A DNA stretch of 49,846 nucleotides, the filler included, from Jimgerdemannia flammicorona (Eukaryota): assembly GCA_003990765.1 (NCBI GenBank). It is 2 parts of 2 records of this genome, joined end to end, with 100 filler letters (N's around TTAATTAATTAA, not from the genome) between each part and the next. Parts side by side here need not be neighbours in the genome. Positions count along the whole stretch, not along the records: positions 1 to 24,875 come from RBNJ01000908.1; 1 more part is not named here. One strand, 5' to 3'. This document shows positions 1 through 10,900 of the stretch, in pieces; position 1 is the first letter of the stretch, and the number at the start of each line of letters is the position of its first letter. The position numbers were made by a program, and so were the translations under genes. The notes below the pieces were generated by a model. The model was not told the DNA's origin. It saw only the letters and a list, made by a program, of their open reading frames with translations, and did not search any database.

Positions 1-212
1 TAGTAAAACTTTATTTTACCTTTTTTAGAAATTATAAAAATAATATACATTATTACAGATATTATGGCTAAATAAATTTTAGCAGGCAAATTTGCCTGTA
101 TCTTTAAATTTGCCTGTGTTTTTCTTACAGATCATGAGATAACTTCTAAAATTATAATAACTTTATAAAAAAAATTTTATCAATAATTTTTTATATAAAA
201 GTTCTACTTCTG

Positions 213-243
<31 letters not shown>

Positions 244-1011
244 TATTTAAGCAAATTGAGTTATTTTTTAATAGAAAAATAGTATTTCAGAAAATTATTT
301 TATGTAAATTTTAATTTATCTGTCAAATGAATTTAAAAGATATTCTTATTTACAGATAAAAGGATATAATATAATAATATTATATTATAAATTCTAAATA
401 AGATCTAGAATTTAATATTATAACTAGTTTAGAAAATAGTATTATTAAATAGTATTATTATTATATAACTATTATATCATTATAATATATCTTTTATATT
501 ACTTTTGAATAACTCTATATTTATTATTTTTAGTTAATAGTTAGTTAAACTTAAAAGATTTCTAAAATATATAAATACTTTTAAATAAATGAGTTTTTAA
601 ATCAATTAAAATAAAAAAATATCTAAAAATAGATATTTTAACTTTTATAAATATTTGAACTTTAATAAATAATTTATAAATATTAACTTTATCTAAAAAA
701 AGCTCAGACTTTAAAGATTAAAATTTATAATTAGCTAAATTATTATTAGTTAATTAAATTAATTAAATAGTACTTAAATATCAAAATAATTATTTTCTTA
801 AGCTAAAGATATATAAATAGTTAATATTATTAGTAATTATTAAATATAAAGTATATTTATTATATTTAATAATAATAATATATTATAATTTATCTAAATA
901 AAATAAATTTAATAAGTTAAAATTTATTAAATTTGGATAATTTAAATTAAATTAAAGCTTAATTTAATTTAATAGGTAATAAAATATAACTTAATTATAA
1001 TTTTTCAAGGG
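1..1011. mobile_element. Extremely AT-rich decayed transposon relic with a piggyBac-like terminus (AAGGG|TTAA)
   Basis: Almost no C or G over 1 kb. Composition switches to normal, CpG-containing DNA right after AAGGG (1007-1011) plus TTAA (1012-1015), the piggyBac end signature. The other end is outside the window and no transposase is readable. Confidence 0.45.
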
Positions 1012-1121
1012 TTAATGTCACGTGTATGACAATGACGTATGACTACGTACGTGTGCTGAGTAACGTCTTTTTGGTTTCCTTCTATTCCTGCGCCTCTCCA
1101 ACCCCAACCCACAGACACAAC

Positions 1122-2378
1122 ATGGAGCTCCCTTCTTTAGGAAAGCAATGCTCAGACAAAACCTGTGCTCAGCTGGATTTTCTCCCATTCTCATGCACTT
1201 ACTGCTCGAACGTCTATTGGTAAGAAACCGTATGCAACCCTCTCACCTCGTCAAATAAAGTCCTTTTCACCAATTCCGAGTCGTCTTACCACAATTCTAG
1301 CCAGGAACATTGGAAGCGAGAAAGCCACAAATGTCCGGGTCTTGCTGATGAGACGCTCGATGTCAGGTATACGGCATAACGTATCTTGTCGGTAATGCTG
1401 AGCAAAAAATCGAGGTCAGACCGCCAAAGCTTTAACCACTCTTCGACTACGCCATGTCTCGCAGAGTTCCCGTTTGCCCCATCTGCCAGAAACCTGTCCC
1501 CGTGAACCGGGGCGAGGACCCCAACATTCGCGTCAACGAACACATCGCTGCTGGCTGCGCCAACCCCGGCACGACCACAACCCCCTCCCCGACCTCGGCT
1601 AATCACTGTTCGAACCGCGGCTGCAAGGCGCGCACGCTCGTGCCCATCTACTGCCCCAAATGCAAACTCAACTTTTGCGTCAAACATCGCCTCGAAGTTG
1701 ACCACCAGTGCAGGTCGTTGGGTGCCGGGGGAGGGAGAGCAAGGAGCGTGAGTCCTAACCCGTCCACGTCGTCGGGGTCAGGTACCGCGCAGAGGAACAC
1801 GCCCGCGGCGCTAGCGGCCATGAAGAGGAGCGAGGCGGCAAAGGCGAAGGGGACACCCATGTCTATCCCTAGGGCAGGGAGCGCGCCACCGATAACGAGC
1901 GGGGGCGGACCGAGGGGTCGAGAGGCTCCGGCGGCAACGGGCGGGCCGAGGGGTGGTGCGCCTTCGGGGGCATCTTCGAGCGCAGCTCGACCGGTTTCGG
2001 TGGCGACAAGCAACACTCATGGTGCTACTGGCGGTGGTGCGGCCGACGCGTTGACGAGGGTGGAGATGGAGAGGCAGAGGAAAGAGCGGCAGCAACAGCG
2101 GCTGGTGCTCGAGGAAAAGGCTAGGAAGGGGGTGAGTCAGTTATTGTTCCGCATCACGGGGGGTTTTTTTTTTTTGGAGAGGTGGTGTGTTCACCGTCCT
2201 ACTCTCGTGAACCTCTGTTAGTAGTGAGTTGACATTGACAATTATCATTTTGTTTAATTTCAATCAGCTTCTGACAGAAGAGGAACAGATCCAGATCGCG
2301 ACGCAGATGTCGTTAGAGCGCGAGAATTTCCCTCAGAATGGCTCGAAGTCTCCGAGTGGAAATTGCACCATAAGCTAA
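1122..2378 (+). CDS. ZFAND2B: AN1-type zinc finger protein, AIRAPL/ZFAND2B-like; 4 exons (1122-1219, 1301-1366, 1465-2131, 2268-2378), 313 aa
   Basis: GT-AG introns give a continuous 942-nt frame. Domains in order: AN1 (MELPSLGKQCSDKTCAQLDFLPFSCTYCSNVYCQEHWKRESHKC), C2HC finger (CPICQKPVP...NEHIAAGC), second AN1 (CSNRGCKARTLVPIYCPKCKLNFCVKHRLEVDHQC), low-complexity linker, UIM (LTEEEQIQIATQMSL), and C-terminal CaaX (CTIS-stop). Confidence 0.9.
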
Positions 2379-3867
2379 AGGTGTTGATAACCGATAGACA
2401 TTTGGTTTCTGATATAGACAACCGTTGGTTTTGGTATCTTCTATGTTATTATAACAGCTTCTATGGGTCGTGGTTGTTTATATTGAAACCCCAAGACTTT
2501 TTCTTGTTTCATATTATATGATGGGCGGAGCAACTTTGTGATAGCATACTTCAAGTTATATGGTATTACTACATAGCGGGGAGTCCATAATTACGTATTC
2601 ATCGTACAATCACACGTGCTATACGTTTCCTTGCGCCGTTGCTCTCTGAAAAATCGTATCTCTCATCCTCAATACTCAACCCTACAACTGACCGCTATAA
2701 ACGTTGGTTGTGATAATACGTTCGTCAAAGGAACACCATTCCTCATGTGCCCGCCAACGACGCAGTTCCATGTGCGCCTGCTTTTTTGAGGCAATGCGTC
2801 GCTCTAAAATGTTGCAGTTTCAGTTTCAGTCCTGTCTGTCTGTCCCCGTCGCAAAAATCATTATACAGTGTTCGGGATGCAACTCTCAAGGCAGTGCGCA
2901 GATGGTAAAGAAATCTTCCACAAGACAACAAAACCGCGAGACAGCGAAAAAATACTCTCCACTTCAACAGTCGTTTCAAAGGTACATAATGCATTGCTGC
3001 ATTATTCAGCGTGCAGGTCGGAATTTTCCTGTGGCTTGGACTGTCGGTGTTGGAAAGCCGATCTCCATTAAGGAGATATCCGAAAATGCATCGCCCGAGG
3101 TCGTATTCCAAATTGGTCAACCGCTGAAGGTAGGTACTACCCAAGCAGTGGACAGGTCGTAAGAACCGTACTTACAGTATACGTCCGTATGACAAAGCGG
3201 AGTTTGATTTGCATTATCGAGGGAGGCGGGGGTCACTGGTTCCAAGAACGATGTGCTGCATGCAGGTCCAGCCTGCATCCGAGGAAAGGTTTCAGAATCG
3301 GAGTGTCAGCGTCCCGCGTTGTGCGCCCATGTGCGCCCGTGTTGTGCGCCTGGCGGCTGCGGTAGATCACATGTCGTTTCATGGTAGCGCAGAACGTTCA
3401 AACAGAGAGCGCAGGCATTTGGAAGAAACCCCGATCCAGTAGGGTTTCCAGAAAGATCATGAATGCAAAAAAACCGGTTGTATTCTCTAAAGCTTTATCA
3501 GGTGGAAGGGTCGTTCTTTGCGACAATTAAGCGACTGAACCGGTTGTTGGCACGTTCGATAGTCTGACAATTAACATTTGGGGGAACATGTTGAGACACA
3601 GGTGTGACAACCTCGATCGCGTATATTAGCCACGCAATATAAACATTGACTCTATTGTCGGCAGAGTAAATTTTTCATGTTATGCGGAAAGGCACATTCA
3701 CAATGGTTGTGTTGATTTTACCGCCAGGTACATTTATTACATAACAAGGGAGCGATTCTATTCTAGTGAAATTACACAAGCGATGGAATACACACTGTTG
3801 CCAGCGTAGGTGAATTATTTTGCACTCATCCCGTCATCAGATCAACGAACCTTGCTCGAGTTTACAT

Positions 3868-4605
3868 TTAGTGTTTGAGGGCAACACAAACAGTGCTGCC
3901 GAGGTCAAGGTTGTCGCCAGACGAGTGAAGACCCCTGTTCCAGGCGACGAGTTGCCCCTTAGTGATATGGAATTTGGCAGCGACTTCCTCGAGGTTATCA
4001 TTTTTAACGACTTTGTAGAACGTTTTACAGTCACAGTTGAACGCGCCCTTATTGTACTGGGGGAACTTGCAGAAGCCGCCTTTAGTCGGCGTGGGCTTCT
4101 TGGGTGCGGCCTTCTTGGGTGCGGCCTTCTTTGCGACCTTCTTTACCTTCTTGAGCTTCTTCAGGGCGCCATGAGGCTTGGTGTGGCGGCCATGAGGCTT
4201 GGTGTGGCGGCCATGAGGCTTGATGTGGCCGTCATGCTTTTCCTCGACGTTGCTCTTGTCATTGCTATTGTGAGTGCAGACGTAGCTGTTTACGTCCAAG
4301 TTGTCGCAATTCTTGTGGAGGCCGGGGTTGTAGGTCTGGAGCTTGGCAGGGGTGATGTGGGCCGCCTTAGCAACGCTGGAACAACTGTCGCCTACAACAA
4401 CTGTTATGTGCGTAAAAAACTCGTTAGGTCGACAATATTTGTTGATGCAGAATGAATCTGTATGAGCTGTATATTAAAGCAGATACGAACCTTTGTGGAA
4501 CTCGTCGCATCCGGCAGCGAACTTGCCCTTGGGGGGGGCAGGGACAGCGGTGGTAGTGGACACGAAAGCCAGGGCGGCAACAGCAACAAGGGTGAAGAAC
4601 TTCAT
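3868..4605 (-). CDS. Secreted two-LysM-domain protein (LysM effector-like); exons 4605-4491 and 4400-3868, 215 aa
   Basis: Signal peptide MKFFTLVAVAALAFVSTTTA. A GTTCGT...CAG intron restores the frame. LysM1 reads CDEFHKVVVGDSCSSVAKAAHITPAKLQTYNPGLHKNCDNLDVNSYVC and LysM2 reads CKTFYKVVKNDNLEEVAAKFHITKGQLVAWNRGLHSSGDNLDLGSTVCV. A His/Lys-rich repeat linker lies between them. Confidence 0.92.
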
Positions 4606-7600
4606 GTTGAATGTATTAGACGAAGTTGAGATCTGATGTGTGCGGGAAGGGGCTGTGGAATGCTGCTGGGTAAGGAGTGGAGATATGGAAGCCAACTATT
4701 TATACTCCGTTCGGACCTGGACCGACGTAACAGAGTGCAAATGAAGTTCGGTCGGTTATCCCAAATTGCTGTCCAAATCCCAAAGCGGCACTGTAATTTG
4801 CTCCTCAACCAATCAGGTACTGTGCCATTGAACCGCTTCTTGTGTCCGCATTAGCCCCGCTTTTGTCGAACGACACGTTCTTGCGTCTTTGTGACCCGTC
4901 TGTCAATCAAGCGGACAAACTCTTTTGCAAACAGTGTGCTTGCACACTACTGGTTTGAAGACGGTGTATTCCGTTGGCCCACCCCAAATATCTTTGTTGG
5001 AGTCAGAAAACACCCCGCTTTCTGCACGAAGAAGAAAATGTTGGTGATCCACACGCATGTGGGTTAAAACCTTGATCGGTTGCGGGAATTAGATTAGCAA
5101 ATTTGACGTTTGTATATATATGGTTAACGACATTTGAGGCGGTCACTTTTAAAATGTTACCTCTGGTGGCTTAGTATGAACGTTTTACCTCAATGTACTA
5201 CCCAGTCACATCTACTTTCTGCATGTATGTGACGGTGAACTTAGCTTGATTTTCTAGTACGAGAGGCCCCTTGGGTTAACCCATTTTTGATTCGTCTCTA
5301 CCAGCACGACTAATTTTAGGTAATTCAGATCGAACGCAAAGAGCAGGAAGAGAGACGTGATCGGGAAGTAAAACGAGGGGGGCGAAACGCTAGTAATGTA
5401 TTTCTTGGTTTAGGCCCCTCAGCATTGCGGGCGAAACCGATGATTTGGTAATGACTACGAGTAAGTATGATGCGGCAACAACAGAACTCAGATAAGGCAA
5501 ATCAGAACGAGGTCTACTCGCAAAAAATTCCCATCACCAATCTTCGTCCCGAGGTAAGGATCGCATTTGACGGGTGACTTCGCTGACATCAAACTCAGAC
5601 GTCAGACGCGTATTCCTTCGTGTCAATGCGGACGAGCCAGAAATACGGTTGCAGAGAACCAAATATCGGGGCTGGTGGAGCAACAGGAAAATGAATCATC
5701 GCCACTACCATAAATGCAATTGTGTAGCTGTCTCCCATTATACTCTTCATGATCGATACGGAGACTCATAAATACGTCGCCCTGTGTGCCCCACACCGAC
5801 GACCGCGAACACACGATCCTGCTTACGTTGCGATGCAAAAAGATCTGGGGTGCGACGTAAGGGGTGGTGTGACACGAACAGCAAAACGTCAAAAAGCGGA
5901 CCTCTGAGTGCTAATGGAAAGGAAATCCGACTCCGCATTCTCTTCTGACGCTATGTGTCGTTCAGGTTACGCCGAATAGTTTTATGAACCCAGTGGCTAC
6001 TAGTCTTGTATGCACGTTTCGGTTCATACTGACGACTCAAAAACACTCCAGGATCTAATAATATTAATGACAGAGAAACGGGGTAACAGGAACTTAAACG
6101 AAAATACAGTCTGCGATTTTCTATAGGCTGCGGATCCCAACCATAATTTAAAAATTTTGAAACTCATCCACACGAATCTCATGCACTGCCCCCCACGAGC
6201 TTGACTTTTATGTTATAGCGCCTCTTTTGATGAATCGGAGGACCTCCACACCAAAACCGACTGCGAGATTCATGGAGTTTATGGGTGGGATTGAACGACT
6301 GACACAACAGCCTTACCAGCTCATACATGCCAAAATCTATCGAGTTGTGCGCTCGGCTGACGCGGATGCAGCCTTTGCGAGCGTGCAGACGACGCCAAAA
6401 CACTCCTGAAAATGCCCTAGCCGAGCTTGCCCACAGAATATATAATTCGGTTTCTTGTATTTCCAAAGCGGCTAAGTGCGTCGCAGGCGGTACCAAGGAA
6501 TCCAGCTCGAGGACTCTGCCGATTTTCGGGCAGTTCTGGGATTAAGTCGGTTTGTGGTGATGCTTTACAATAACCCTTGAAATTCCCATTACGGTCAGTC
6601 GTTTTGTCAAATTTCCCTACAGTCCAAATGGGATTTGCACCCACTCCCAACGTCCCGCAAAGTAAAAGAACCATTCCACTATCTTCACCGTGTTCGGATT
6701 TGTATTTGGGATATGGGAAAATCTCTTGTTGCGGAGGCAAAGTACCCTCCCTAGACGATACAGTAAAATCTAGCGAGCAATACTTGAAATACATCAAATA
6801 TATTTGATTGTATGGGATCTATATTTTTCTTTTAGCATGTTCACAACTGTCGTTCAGATGGGTATCTACGACCTCAGAACCGCATGGCGATAGCAACAAC
6901 CGGCCCTTTGCATTTTTCGATCCTCGTGATGACTGTTTCAGGAACCGTTCTCGCCATGATCGCCGAGGTTCCAAGCCCTCGCCACAATGACGCTAATTAG
7001 GATAAGAGTCGGCGACATGCAGTAGCTGTGTACGGTTAACTGCCCCAACACCAGGGACAAGGTGGTGACAGGCGCGCGTATGAAAAATTATTTCTATTCT
7101 TAATATATATAGACGAGCAATTTACGAAGTTTATCTCGCGACTTAGCGACGTATGTGGTAACAACGCTAATTAGGATCACACATCACAACTTCCTTCTGA
7201 ATAGGTTACTTTGTCCCCAAAGTATCTATTCAAACTTCCAAGCTTCTATGTCCTGTTGTGCCTTATATTGCTCAATCTGACTGATTACACTTTCTCAATG
7301 GTGCCTTCTTATCTGCATAAAGTCTCTTGGAGTTATATCTTGAAAATGAAATAAGGCTGGTTCATTATTTCAAAATAATTTATAAATCCATTTTGCAATT
7401 GTGACTAGCAATATATTCTTTCTTTGATATATCTAATTGTTGGTTGATAAGTTGTTCTAACTTAAAGTACTTCTGAAATATTAATATATCTTAAAGTAAA
7501 AGATATATAATAAATATATCTATATGATACTCTAGATATTATTAAAGAATTTCTCTATAGTCAGAGGTTTAGTAAATCAATACTATCTTTCTATAGCTCA

Positions 7601-7982
7601 TTGAGCAATACTAGTGATCTTGAGAACTACTGATATACTATACTTATATATAAATATATATCAGAACTTTCTCTCTTATCTATCTTTAAGAGCTTGTAAA
7701 TCTTCTTTATATTATTCCATTATAGAGCCTATATCTTAGTTATAATTCTCAGCCTTCTTCCTGATTTAGTATAGTCTCTATATCTCTATATCTATATATT
7801 TCCATATAGTATCACTATTAGATAATAGGATTTTTAGAGAACTTTCTTCTTTAAATAGAATTTCTTAAAAAGTAAAATAGATACTTTATAATCAGATATT
7901 CTAGAGAGCAGATAATACTATTAATAGATAGTGATCTCAGTTTTTATAGTTATTATAGATCTTAATGATAATATTCTTAAGA

Positions 7983-10900
7983 CATACCTTCTCTGATATC
8001 ATTCAGGTTACACAACCTTTGGAAAGCACTTATAACATCATTTTTAGAGAAAAGAGACTAGCAATATAGCAACTGATAGATAATCTGAGATATATACTGG
8101 GTAGGGTAGCTTGAGCACATTCAACTGGCAGTATGTGAGAAGAGGCCCTGGTCTGGGGGGAAATATGAGAGAATTACTAGTAGGAGGATATGAAAGAAGA
8201 GAAAGCAGTAGTAGAGGTCAGGGGTCTGGAAGAGTGAGCTTTGCAGAGATAGAGAAGGAGAGACAGCAGGTATCTGGGCTGGAGAGATGGCTGAGAAAAG
8301 GCAAGGAGATAGAGAAGACAATGGTACATAGGGGAGTAGTCCTTGGCAGTAGGAGCAGTGGAGCTGGGGGTGTAGTGGCTGGAGTAAATATGATAGTTGA
8401 TGGTAATGAGATTGCCAATTTGGAAAAAATCTAAATATAACTACTGATGGCAAGGCTGAGCAGTTGGGGCTTGGAAGGCAGGGGAATTTGGCAGATGGTA
8501 TGATGGATCTAGCAGTAGCCCTATTACTCAAGAAGTCAATCTTGGCATTTGTAATTATGCTGTGCTTCTAGAGTCTAGCAGTGATGGCAAAAATAGTACT
8601 GGGGCTTATTACTAAGCAGATAGCTGGAGCAGTATCTGTAAAGTTTCTAAAGGGATTGGAGGGAGTGAAGGTAGACTTTGAGGAGACTAGACCTTTGAAG
8701 GAGGTGCTGAAGGCTGAATTAACTGTTGGGGAGGTGTGTGTTCCAATAGCATATTGTCTAAGGTGGGATTCCAGAGTGATGCAACTGCTAGTGAAAGGAG
8801 TGCCCATGGTGATGGTAGTGGAGATGAGAAGGAGAGTTGAGGAGATCATAGTTGAGTATGAAGAGGTGGTGGATATCAGATTCAGAGTCTGAGAAGGAAC
8901 CTTGCTCAGGACTGAGGATGTGGATGTAAGGATTTAGCTGATAGAGAAGAAAGCTACTGAGAAGACAAGGGACTGATCTTTGGTGATAGTCTGGGAGACA
9001 ATCTTGTACAAGATGATGAGGGTGAAGGGGAGTAAGGAGGAGAAAGAAGACTTATTAGAAGTGCTGGAAAAAGAGTTGAGTGGTACTGTGAAGTAGTGGG
9101 CAAAGACTTGGAAGGCTTTTATAGAGTCGATATATTTGGAGGTGGTGGATGGGAAGTGGATTCAGGTGGACAAGGGGCAGTGGGAAAGAGCACAGAGACA
9201 TAAGAGATAGAAGGAGCTATTGGCTAAACTAGAGAGTAGACCATAGAAGGATACAGATAGAATGGAGGAAGCAGAAGGTACCAAAGTAAGTATCTGGGCC
9301 AGTAAGAGTGGAGGGAGTGCAGAGAAGGAGACAAGAGAGGATAGAAAGGCAACTGATAATGACCCATATGCTGATGGTATGTTTGAGATCTGGGAGGAGG
9401 CCTGGGAGGACTCAACTACTCCTACTCCTCTTATCAGGTGAGGCCTGGCTTCTCGAAGTAAGGTGGTAGAGGATATACCAATGTGGGGGACTCAGTGAGT
9501 GCAATTTGGAGTTCCAGAGGTAGCAAACAGGGGACAAGTAGTGGCAGTTAGAAAGAAGGAACTGGTGAATGTCCTGGAGGTATGGGATGAGTCTGCAAGT
9601 ACTAGGGCTAATACCACAATACTGGATGGAGAGAGGCCAGTGACTTCTGAAGAGAAGGAGGTGGGAAACCTACTTTGGATATATAGAATAATGAATAACT
9701 TGACAGCTGAAGAGTTGGGGGAGGTGGATCTGAGAGTAATGAGTGATGAGCATTAGGTGTAGATCCTATAGAGAGATGGAGTGGTGATGGTATTGAAGGC
9801 AGAAATTCTTGCAGTATATCTAGAGGAGGAAGGGTATGAGGTGAATAAGGAGTAGGAGATGGAGCTAGCAGATATTGCTGGTGAGAGGGCCAACTACTGC
9901 TGAACCAAGTATCATGGATTGTAGCTCTGACAGAAGGTCTGCCTGGAGTACTAGGAGGAGTTTGAGGAAAAGACAGATAGAGAGATGAATGAGCTGTTGA
10001 CTGGATTGGAGGCTAAGAGGGTTAAAGAGGAGGAGGTAACTGCAGAATATAATCTAGACATAGTGCAGAAAGAGATAAATATAGAGCAGTAGAGAATCGA
10101 CTGGATAATATACTATATTTTATTATGAATAATACAATCAATATTTTTTCTTTGAATGTGAATGGGTTGTGAGACTCTTCTCAACATAGGAACATTTTTA
10201 CTTAGCTGAAGGAATTGGAGGCTGATCTCTTTCTCTTACAAAATGTCAGGTGTGAGGATGATTTGGATAAGCTAGAATAGATGAAGAAATAGAGAGGTGA
10301 GGCAGTTTGAAAGGGTAAGGTTGGGATTCTGGTATGGAGAGGCAGAGGGGAGATACAGAATGTAAGGAGCTGGGGGGATAGATTGGTCTGGAGAGAGTGG
10401 ATGCATACAGGTTGAGAGCCAGTCACAGTGGACTCCTGTTACTACCTTATTGTACAGGGTGAGTATATAGATTGGGTGAAGAGTCTTCAAGAGAGTGAGG
10501 TCCTTGCAGGGATGGATGTACTTGGGGGAGACTTCAATATGGTCTGGGATATACTAGTAGATAGAATAGATGGAGGATGGGAAGCTGAGGGTAGGAGTGG
10601 AGAGCTGATAGTATGAGAGGAAGTGGAAAGACTAAGTGCTCTGATAGATGCTAGCAGGGAGTATTGAGGGGACAGGAGGGTATACACACATTGGGCAGAG
10701 AGCCTGGGGATGAGGATTGACTGGATTTTGACAGCTAGCTGCTGAGATTTGAATGTTTGGAAGTTGCTGGAGGTGGAGTGGTATCCATGGTCAGATTATT
10801 GGGGGCTGTTAGAATAGGGACATTTTGGAGAGAGCAGGGATGGGCCTGAACATTGGCACCTCAATTCCTCTTTATTAGATGATAGGATCTGATAGGATAA

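Noticed and set aside
83..98. 16-bp palindrome CAGGCAAATTTGCCTG
   Set aside because: Isolated, inside a decayed TE, with no context supporting a function.
2704..3162. Overlapping 152-aa (+) and 133-aa (-) ORFs
   Set aside because: No recognisable motif or splice structure; consistent with chance ORFs.
3820..4455. 211-aa plus-strand ORF
   Set aside because: Antisense shadow of the LysM gene.
6179..6990. Cluster of short ORFs on both strands
   Set aside because: No family or consistent gene model could be assigned by eye.
6990..7177. 14-bp direct repeat ACGCTAATTAGGAT (6990, 7164)
   Set aside because: Only two copies, with no TIR or tail between them, so it cannot be called a TSD or an array.
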